A stretch of 63,312 bases of DNA from an uncultured Christensenellaceae bacterium (GTDB lineage Bacteria > Bacillota > Clostridia > Christensenellales > DTU072). Position numbers and translations under genes: made by a program. The notes beneath the pieces are model-generated. The model did not search any database, had not been told where the DNA came from, and saw only the letters and a list, made by a program, of their open reading frames with translations. The stretch is from positions 1,783 to 65,094 of the forward strand of contig CAYMPR010000004.1 of assembly GCA_964392385.1 (NCBI GenBank), in the 5' to 3' direction. Positions 28,980 through 36,506 of the stretch are shown here, piece by piece. The stretch's first letter is position 1, and each line of letters starts with the position of its first letter.

Positions 28980-30941
28980 TTAGGATATAGTGCTTCCACT
29001 AGCTATTTCTTGCTCAGTAGTTAATAGTATTACTCGCCCTTCTTTATCTTCTGCACAGAGTAACATACCTTCACTAACTACCCCACCAAGAGTAGCAGGA
29101 GATAGATTTGAAACAACTACAACTGTCCGCCCCACCATACTTTCCGCAGAATAATACTTGGCAATTCCACTTAAAATAGTCCTTGTTTCATCGCCTATTT
29201 GGACAGTGGACTTTAGTAATTTGTTGCTATTAGACAATTTTTCGCAAGCTATAATTTTACCAGTTTTTAATTCCACTTTTTTAAAGTCTTGAATCGTAAT
29301 TTTATCGTTATTTTCCATTATAGACTCCTTTTTCATAGCTTCACATATTTTTATTTCTTTTTCTTTAGGTCCCTTTGCCCTTTCGTCCATATTGATCAGT
29401 TCTTTCTCAATATTTATACGAGGGAAAAGTTGCCCTTCGGTTTTATTAACTTTAATCCCTGCCTTAAGCTTGCCAAATGTAACATTTCCCTCAAGTGTGG
29501 TAGGCAATTGTTCAGAAAAGCATTCCAGTATTTTTCTTGGTGCTTCGTTTAAAAAAGCGGACAAGAATACAGATGCTATTCTTAGGGATTCAGCTAAATT
29601 GTACAGTACTGTTCCTAACCTATTTTTCATTGCTGGGTCTTTTGCAAGCGCCCAAGGTTTAGTTTCATCTATATACTTATTCGCCCTTTGAACAAGGGTA
29701 AATATTTCATTTAATGCTTCTGGAACATGGAGTTCATCCATCATTTTTGTAACGGACTTATATAGAGAATTAGCAATCGAAATAAGCTCTAAATCAATAT
29801 CTTCTTTTTCTGAAGATTTAGGTAAAATACCACCAAAATATTGCTCAATCATTGCTGTTGACCTGCTTAAGAGATTTCCTAGGTCATTAACTAGATCACT
29901 GTTTGTCCTAGTTAAAAAGGCTCTATTAGTATATATTCCATCACTTCCAAAAGGAACCTCTCTTAGCAGATAATATCTAACTGCATCTACCCCGTAATTG
30001 TTGCATAAATCAAATGGATCTGTAATATTGCCTTTTGATTTACTCATTTTGTCTCCACCAAATAGTAACCATCCATGACCATAAACTTCTTTTGGTAAAG
30101 GTAAATCTAATGCCATGAGAAGAGCTGGCCATATAATAGAATGAAATCTAACAATTTCTTTCCCTACCATATGAATATCTGCCGGCCAATATTTTTTAAA
30201 TAATTTCTTATCGTCCTCACCATATCCTAAGGCTGTTATATAGTTTGATAAAGCATCAATCCATACATATACTACATGTTTTTCATCAAATGTTACGGGA
30301 ACTCCCCACTTAAATGATGTTCTACTAACGCATAAATCTTTTAAACCAGGCTTAATGAAGTTATTAACCATTTCGTTCATTCTGCTTTTTGGCGAAATAA
30401 AATTGGGATTCTTCTCGTACAACTCTATCAACCTATCCTGATACTTACTAAGCCTAAAGAAATATCCTTCCTCTTTAGTTAATTTTACCTCTCGTCCGCA
30501 GTCCGGGCATTTGCCATCAACCAATTGAGATTCTGTCCAAAAACTCTCACAAGGAGTACAATACATACCCTCATATTGTGCTTTGTAAAGTTCGCCCTTA
30601 TCGTACAAGGTTTTAAAGATGTTTTGAACTGCTTTAACATGGTAATCGTCAGTAGTTCTAATAAATTTATCGTATTTGATACCCAAAAGATCCCATAGAG
30701 CGATAATTTGATGATAAAGTTCATCAACAAATTCTTGAGGTGTCTTGTTGGCTTCTTTAGCTTTTTGCTCAACTTTTTGACCATGCTCATCGGTGCCTGT
30801 CAAATAAAATACATCAAAACCATCCAGTCTCTTATACCTGGATATAGCGTCGCATACCACAGTAGTGTAACAATGTCCAAGATGGAAATTTCCACTGCTA
30901 TAGTAAATAGGCGTTGTAATATAAAACTTCTTATTTTCCAT
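28980..30941 (-). CDS. metG: methionine--tRNA ligase
   Basis: HLGH (HIGH) and KMSKS motifs, zinc knuckle CPDCGRE, and a C-terminal Trbp111-like tRNA-binding domain. Confidence 0.97.
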   Translation of the reverse strand: MENKKFYITTPIYYSSGNFHLGHCYTTVVCDAISRYKRLDGFDVFYLTGTDEHGQKVEQKAKEANKTPQEFVDELYHQIIALWDLLGIKYDKFIRTTDDYHVKAVQNIFKTLYDKGELYKAQYEGMYCTPCESFWTESQLVDGKCPDCGREVKLTKEEGYFFRLSKYQDRLIELYEKNPNFISPKSRMNEMVNNFIKPGLKDLCVSRTSFKWGVPVTFDEKHVVYVWIDALSNYITALGYGEDDKKLFKKYWPADIHMVGKEIVRFHSIIWPALLMALDLPLPKEVYGHGWLLFGGDKMSKSKGNITDPFDLCNNYGVDAVRYYLLREVPFGSDGIYTNRAFLTRTNSDLVNDLGNLLSRSTAMIEQYFGGILPKSSEKEDIDLELISIANSLYKSVTKMMDELHVPEALNEIFTLVQRANKYIDETKPWALAKDPAMKNRLGTVLYNLAESLRIASVFLSAFLNEAPRKILECFSEQLPTTLEGNVTFGKLKAGIKVNKTEGQLFPRINIEKELINMDERAKGPKEKEIKICEAMKKESIMENNDKITIQDFKKVELKTGKIIACEKLSNSNKLLKSTVQIGDETRTILSGIAKYYSAESMVGRTVVVVSNLSPATLGGVVSEGMLLCAEDKEGRVILLTTEQEIASGSTIS

Positions 30942-31188
30942 ATTTTCCTCGATGTATTAAACACTAGTGTTAACTAAAACTTTAGTAATAACAATAACAT
31001 AAAACTATTTTACTGTAAATTAAATGCGCGTACGATAGGAATCCACCATCTTTTAAAGTAGAAAAATGTTTCTATATCCAAGAACTTTAAAAAACGCCAA
31101 GCTATTTTATTTTGTTAAAAATTGACGTAGTGAACTTCAGTATATTCAATAATTGGTCAACAAAGTCCAAATTATGTAGCTAAAGATA

Positions 31189-31806
31189 CTAATTATCTTC
31201 GTATTCCACGTTATCTCTATATTTTTTTATCGCTGATTTAATTATATCGTAAGTATATCCTCTTGATGCTAAATGCCTATATAACTTCTCAATATTTTTT
31301 TGCGTTGTCTCTTTCCCCTTCATATATTTATCCGCAAGTTGCTCAGCATTTTCTTCTTGAGTCATTTCCTTGTCTATTAAAGACAGATTAATCAGTTCCT
31401 CGTTTACTCCCTTGAGCTTCAGTTCGTATTTTATTCTTAGAGCACCTTTATTCTTTAGATTTAAATCCGTATACTCTTTTGAATATTCCTCGTCATTAAG
31501 GTAGCCATATTCTTTTGCGAATTTTATAGCAAAATCAACGGCGTAGTTTGGGAATCCTTTTTGGTAAAGCTTTATTCGAGATTCCTTTTCTGATTTTGCC
31601 TTCCTAATTAAAGAAGATACCAATTTGTTTTTGGCATTTTGCTTGTTGTTTTCTTGGATGAAATTGTTGTATTCTTTTTCCGAGATGTTACCTTCTTGAA
31701 TTTTGCAATTATATAACGCATCAAGATTGACGTTAGTAATTATTTCTCCATTAACGGTAATATCTGCGCTAGATTTTTTTATCTTAATTTTTTCTATTTT
31801 TATCAT
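31189..31806 (-). CDS. recX: RecX family regulatory protein
   Basis: Three tandem helical RecX repeats (...KGFPNYAVDFAI...YLNDEEYSKEY...LRIKYELKLKGV...SRGYTYDII). Confidence 0.75.
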   Translation of the reverse strand: MIKIEKIKIKKSSADITVNGEIITNVNLDALYNCKIQEGNISEKEYNNFIQENNKQNAKNKLVSSLIRKAKSEKESRIKLYQKGFPNYAVDFAIKFAKEYGYLNDEEYSKEYTDLNLKNKGALRIKYELKLKGVNEELINLSLIDKEMTQEENAEQLADKYMKGKETTQKNIEKLYRHLASRGYTYDIIKSAIKKYRDNVEYEDN

Positions 31807-31815
31807 ATTAATTAA

Positions 31816-31844
31816 CTTAAAAACTGCCGATTTTTCATCGGCAG
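31816..31844 (-). terminator. intrinsic terminator after ilvE
   Basis: Minus strand CTGCCGAT-GAAAA-ATCGGCAG followed by TTTTTAAG. Confidence 0.8.
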
Positions 31845-31849
31845 AGCTA

Positions 31850-32911
31850 TTATTTCTGTGCTATTTTGACTACCCAACCAAATGGATCTGGATATCTTCC
31901 ACATTGAATTCCAGTAAGTTTATCATAGAGAAATTCAGTAATTTTTCCCATCTCAAAGTTATTAATAATATTATCCTTCCCATGCATACCGAGTACACCA
32001 ACAGGCGAAATAACTGCTGCGGTTCCACTTCCAAAGATTTCAGTTAGTGTGCCTTTTTTTATACTTGATTCTATTTCATCAGTTGATATTCTGGTTTCTT
32101 CTATTGGGATGTTTTCAGCTTTCAATATTTTTATTACACTATCCCTTGTTATTCCGGGAAGAATTGAACCAACCAAAGCAGGAGTTTTCACGACTCCATC
32201 TATAACAAAAAATATGTTCATCGCGCCCACTTCCTCTGCATACTTTCTTTCTTTTGCATCTAGCCAGAGGGCCTGAGCATATCCTTTTTTGTTTGCTAAA
32301 TCACCAGCAAGCAAAGAAGCTGCATAATTTCCCATGCATTTTACCTCTCCAGTTCCACCTAAAGGAGCACGGACATATTGTTCTTCAACCAATATTTTTG
32401 TAGGCTTAAGCCCAGCAGCATAATATGCTCCAACAGGTGAGAGAATAATGAAGAAGCGATACTCATGTCCTGGGTGAACTCCTAACATAGCATCTTTCGC
32501 AATCAATGTAGGCCTAATATATAGAGAGGTGCCTGGGTTAGATGGAATCCAGTCTTTTTCTAGTAGTAGTAATTCATTCAACGATTTTAACACTAAATCA
32601 ACATCTAGAGTAGGCATGCACATACGAAGCGCGCCCTTATTCATTCTATTAAAATTATCTCTTGGACGAAACAATGTAATTTCATTTTTTTCATTTTTAT
32701 ATGCTTTTAGCCCTTCAAAAATCCCCTGTCCATAATGCAATACACATGTAGATGGCTCCAGTGCAAACGGCCCATAAGGAATGATTTCGGGCTCTTTCCA
32801 ATTACCATTTTCATAATCCATTACCAACATATGGTCAGTAAAAAACTTACCAAACCCAAGCGATGTTGAATCTGGCTTAACTTTAGGATTCTTATTCAAT
32901 GTTATCTTCAT
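31850..32911 (-). CDS. ilvE: branched-chain amino acid aminotransferase
   Basis: Class IV aminotransferase of the long (353 aa) form. YIRP, EVKCMGNY and GITR motifs. Confidence 0.93.
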   Translation of the reverse strand: MKITLNKNPKVKPDSTSLGFGKFFTDHMLVMDYENGNWKEPEIIPYGPFALEPSTCVLHYGQGIFEGLKAYKNEKNEITLFRPRDNFNRMNKGALRMCMPTLDVDLVLKSLNELLLLEKDWIPSNPGTSLYIRPTLIAKDAMLGVHPGHEYRFFIILSPVGAYYAAGLKPTKILVEEQYVRAPLGGTGEVKCMGNYAASLLAGDLANKKGYAQALWLDAKERKYAEEVGAMNIFFVIDGVVKTPALVGSILPGITRDSVIKILKAENIPIEETRISTDEIESSIKKGTLTEIFGSGTAAVISPVGVLGMHGKDNIINNFEMGKITEFLYDKLTGIQCGRYPDPFGWVVKIAQK

Positions 32912-32914
32912 TTT

Positions 32915-33544
32915 TTATCTCCTATACCCAGTATATTCTTCTCTTATAATAACTGGTTTTATTCTTCCTAGTGTTAGACAATCTATCATTTTCAAAAAAT
33001 CTTGGCTACGTTCAATAGGAACAGCAATATTCATCATCACCGAGGTGGAATAGTCTATTCCAGTTAACATAAATCCCTGTTCTTCCAGTTTCGTATTTAT
33101 CATAGTTGCTTCAGAATAAGTCGCGGGAAGAGAATATATTATAGACCAAGACATGAGTTTTTTAACTGCTATTTTAATTGTTTCTGCTACGCAAAGCGCA
33201 TATGCTCTTGCAAGGCCTGAAACACCCAATTTAGTTCCTCCAAAGTAGCGGGTAACAAAACATGCGACTCCAGATAATGAATTGTTCTTTAATGCTACTT
33301 TAATCGGCTGAGCTGCAGAACCCATAGGTTCTCCATCATCAGAGGCTTTTTCTTCATTTTTCCCAGGAATTCCTATGATTGCGTAACAATGATGAGATGC
33401 ATCTGGGTACTTATCTTTTTCTAATTTTAATAACTCCATACCCTCTTCTAAACTTAATATAGGGGAGAGAGTGCATATAAATATACTTTTTTTAATCACA
33501 TATTTATACTCAACTGTGTTTTCGATTGTTAGAAAATCTTTCAT
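32915..33544 (-). CDS. yigZ: YigZ / IMPACT (UPF0029) family protein
   Basis: HHCYA...SDDGEPMGSAAQPI signature. Confidence 0.8.
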   Translation of the reverse strand: MKDFLTIENTVEYKYVIKKSIFICTLSPILSLEEGMELLKLEKDKYPDASHHCYAIIGIPGKNEEKASDDGEPMGSAAQPIKVALKNNSLSGVACFVTRYFGGTKLGVSGLARAYALCVAETIKIAVKKLMSWSIIYSLPATYSEATMINTKLEEQGFMLTGIDYSTSVMMNIAVPIERSQDFLKMIDCLTLGRIKPVIIREEYTGYRR

Positions 33545-34773
33545 TCAGATAACACTTTAATATGTGCCTTTTTTCCCTTGTGGACGATATAGCCATCTTC
33601 CTGTTGTTTCTCGTTAATATTGTATTCGAAAGAAGTTATTAATTCTTCATCTACTTTAATTCCGCCACCCTCTATGAGTCTCTTTGCTTCACTTCTAGTG
33701 GTAGCAAGTTTAAGATTAAGCAAAATATCGACAATGTTAGTACACTTGTTGCTAATTCTTGCAGTAGGCATCTCTTCCCCACCAGAAAAGGCTCCTTTTG
33801 CAAGCTCTCTTGCATTATTTGCTTCTATAACACCATGAACAATTTTAGTTACTTCATAGGCAAGTGTTTCTTTTGCGATATTAATATCTTTGTCAAAAGT
33901 TTTAACACCATCCCTAATTACAAAACAATTAGTTAATCTGTTAATATCCTCAACAGAAAGATAAGTTAAAAACATTAAACAATTCCTGACATCACTATCA
34001 TCTACATTTCGGAAATATTGGTAAAAATCATATGGAGAGGTCTTTTTAGGGTCAAGCCATAAGGCACCATTCATCGTTTTACCCATCTTTTTACCATCTG
34101 ACGTTAATAAGAGAGAGAAAGTCATTGCAAATGCAGGTTTTTGTTCCTTCCTTCTTATTAAATCGGCACCTGCTAGGATATTGGACCATTGATCATCACC
34201 TCCGCACTGGAGTTTACAACCATATTTATTAAAAAGAACCAAAAAGTCATATGCTTGCATTAGCATATAATTAAATTCTAGAAAAGATAGCCCTTTTTCC
34301 ATTCTAGACTTAAAGCATTCCGCGGCAAGCATTCTATTAACAGTAAATTGTGAGCCAACATCTCTTAAAAAATCGACATAATTTAAGTTTAACAACCAGT
34401 CTGCATTATTTTCTATAATTGCAGCATTAGGTCCCTCAAAAGAGAAAAATTTCGCCATTTGCAATTTGAATCTTTCGACATTATTATTTATGGTTTCTTT
34501 GTCCATTATTGAACGCATGTCCGTTCTTCCAGATGGATCGCCTACCATTGCTGTTCCACCACCAATAAGTACAATAGGCTTATGGCCAGCCTTTTGTAAA
34601 TGGCTCATTGCCATCAAAACCAAGAAATGGCCTACATGCAAGCTGTCAGCGGTAGGATCAAACCCAACATAAAACGTGGTGCTTTCTTTACCCATAAGCT
34701 CATACAAATCATCTTCAAATACGGTTTGCTTGATAAAGCCTCGCTCTCTAAGTATGTCTATAATGTTGCTCAT
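33541..34773 (-). CDS. tyrS: tyrosine--tRNA ligase
   Basis: HVGH and KMGKT motifs with a C-terminal S4-like domain. ATG 34773 with GGAGG 5 nt upstream; the ORF-track start is a TTG. Confidence 0.96.
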   Translation of the reverse strand: MSNIIDILRERGFIKQTVFEDDLYELMGKESTTFYVGFDPTADSLHVGHFLVLMAMSHLQKAGHKPIVLIGGGTAMVGDPSGRTDMRSIMDKETINNNVERFKLQMAKFFSFEGPNAAIIENNADWLLNLNYVDFLRDVGSQFTVNRMLAAECFKSRMEKGLSFLEFNYMLMQAYDFLVLFNKYGCKLQCGGDDQWSNILAGADLIRRKEQKPAFAMTFSLLLTSDGKKMGKTMNGALWLDPKKTSPYDFYQYFRNVDDSDVRNCLMFLTYLSVEDINRLTNCFVIRDGVKTFDKDINIAKETLAYEVTKIVHGVIEANNARELAKGAFSGGEEMPTARISNKCTNIVDILLNLKLATTRSEAKRLIEGGGIKVDEELITSFEYNINEKQQEDGYIVHKGKKAHIKVLSE

Positions 34774-34815
34774 CAGCTCCTCCAAGTTTAGTGATTAATT
34801 TTTTTAATTACGCAA

Positions 34816-34844
34816 ATTCTAGCACAATGCACCACTTATTGCAA
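34816..34844 (-). promoter_or_regulatory. promoter of tyrS-yigZ-ilvE
   Basis: Minus strand TTGCAA, 17 nt, TAGAAT with a TGC extended -10. Confidence 0.65.
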
Positions 34845-34921
34845 CAAATAACCCTAGAACTAGGCATATAATAGGTTACATAAAGTTGGCTTTAGAAAGA
34901 CACTACATATATAAAACAGAA

Positions 34922-36208
34922 TTATTTAGAATAATATTTTTTATTTAAAAGTTCAACCGCTAAATTGTATTGCGCTGGCTCCCCAATAGTTTCAAAAACA
35001 AACTTATATATAGAATAATTAATGAAAAAATCTATTGTTTCGCCAAGCCTTACCGACACAAAGGGAGACTCCTTAATGCTAAAATTTAGATTAGTGGATT
35101 TATGTCCATTAAAGAAAAAACCATCTTTATTAAGCGTAAGAATACCTTCATCTACTTTAGCAAATCCTAAATTTTCGTCATCGTTTAAGAACAAAGTTAC
35201 CTTTGTTTTTCTTTCGTACTCTGGGGAATTATCTATTTTCTTTTGCATCTCTTTTCTCTGGAATTCATACCATAGATCTATACGGTCAAAAGATAGATCG
35301 TTATCACTTTTGGGCGATATTTTACCAAGAGGGTCTATTTTTATAGTGTTTTTACAATTTGAGCAATACATTTCATCGCCATTTGAAACCATAGCGCATT
35401 CTTTCAAGCATTTAGGGCATTGGTTTAATAGAAAATCTAAGCCATAAGTTAAAGAGATTCTTTTTGATTTTGGAACAAAATATAATTGTTTTTCCTGTTG
35501 ATAAATCATTTCATTATAGCTAAAAGCCTCATCAACTACTTGTCTAATCTTCTCTATGCTAAATTCCTTTACTTCTTCCTTGCTTAATAGAAGTCTACCC
35601 CTTGCTTCAAGGGGAGTGCCCTTTCTCATTTTATTAGCATATCTAGGCCTTTGCAAATATCCTCCAGGGGTATAAGTAAACACCACAGGGACATTTAAGT
35701 ATTTAATTAGCTTTAAGGTTGCATCTGAGACGTAACCAGGCTTCCCATCAATAGAAACCCTTCCTTCTGGATAAATTCCTATACTAGTACCGTTATCCAC
35801 AAAAAACTTCATAGCCTTTATGCATTCAAAATCGGCAGAAAATTGTTTTTTGGGTATTATATTCCCAAGTATTCTAAAAAAAATGGCCAAAAATTTGTCA
35901 TAAAACAAGTTTGCAGCTACAACAAAAGCCATACGCTTATTTTTGAGCAAGGTCATCATTCCAGAAAAATCAATTCCATTTACATGCGCCCCAAGCGCAA
36001 GTACTGGACCGTCGATTTTTTCAATCTCTTTTATATCTTCTAAATTTGGTCTAATACCAAGTATTCTAGACCAGTTTAAAACCAGCAAATACCAAAACCC
36101 ATATTTAAATTTAGTAGGGATTTTATATTTCGGCTTTGTGCGTCGAATCTTTCTCTCTTTTATCCTAGTTTTTCTGCGTTCAATGCGTTTTTCTTGCTTT
36201 TCTTTCAT
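34922..36208 (-). CDS. PlsC-type (lysophospholipid) acyltransferase with C-terminal zinc-ribbon-containing domain
   Basis: HVNGID (HX4D) and IYPEGR acyltransferase motifs, a very basic N-terminus, and CPKC...CSNC ~260 aa in. Confidence 0.7.
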   Translation of the reverse strand: MKEKQEKRIERRKTRIKERKIRRTKPKYKIPTKFKYGFWYLLVLNWSRILGIRPNLEDIKEIEKIDGPVLALGAHVNGIDFSGMMTLLKNKRMAFVVAANLFYDKFLAIFFRILGNIIPKKQFSADFECIKAMKFFVDNGTSIGIYPEGRVSIDGKPGYVSDATLKLIKYLNVPVVFTYTPGGYLQRPRYANKMRKGTPLEARGRLLLSKEEVKEFSIEKIRQVVDEAFSYNEMIYQQEKQLYFVPKSKRISLTYGLDFLLNQCPKCLKECAMVSNGDEMYCSNCKNTIKIDPLGKISPKSDNDLSFDRIDLWYEFQRKEMQKKIDNSPEYERKTKVTLFLNDDENLGFAKVDEGILTLNKDGFFFNGHKSTNLNFSIKESPFVSVRLGETIDFFINYSIYKFVFETIGEPAQYNLAVELLNKKYYSK

Positions 36209-36298
36209 TCACCTTCCCCCATCCTATATGGTTATGTTAACACAATGATTTTCTTATCTCAACTAATACGCCTTCCCTTCGTAAAGCCATTTTAATTT

Positions 36299-36327
36299 AT
36301 TTTAGCGTATAGAATTTTTAATCTCAA
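36299..36327 (-). promoter_or_regulatory. repeat-borne promoter (proximal copy)
   Basis: Minus strand TTGAGA, 17 nt, TAAAAT, formed across the copy 2/copy 1 junction. Confidence 0.45.
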
Positions 36328-36363
36328 CTAATACGCCTTCCCTTCTTAAAGCCATTTAAATTT

Positions 36364-36392
36364 ATTTTAGAGTATAGAATTTCTAATCTCAA
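36364..36392 (-). promoter_or_regulatory. repeat-borne promoter (distal copy)
   Basis: Minus strand TTGAGA, 17 nt, TAAAAT, formed across the copy 3/copy 2 junction. Confidence 0.45.
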
Positions 36393-36506
36393 CTAATACG
36401 CCTTTGAGTATTTCTATAGCAATGTTTAAAGGAAAAGATAAAAAATTTGTCATTTCTCGGATAATTTAGTGGACAATTTAAGGCACAATAAATAACTGTA
36501 TTCGAT

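Larger units (their letters stand above)
36251..36405 (-). repeat. 65-bp tandem direct repeat, 2.3 copies
   Basis: ATCTCAACTAATACGCC occurs at 36256, 36321 and 36386. Copies 1 and 2 differ at 4 of 65 positions with no indels. Copy 3 matches for ~19 nt. Confidence 0.9.

Noticed and set aside
30942-31188. Possible T-box leaders upstream of metG (also tyrS at 34774..34921 and leuS at 41633..41777)
   Set aside because: I looked for the conserved T-box sequence (AGGGTGGNACCGCG-like) and a terminator/antiterminator pair. Only a loose GATGGTGGATTCC is present upstream of metG. The tyrS and leuS leaders are too short or too AT-rich and lack the motif.
36251-36405. CRISPR array interpretation of the 65-bp repeats
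   Set aside because: The repeats are directly contiguous with no unique spacers. There are only 2.3 copies and no cas genes in the window.
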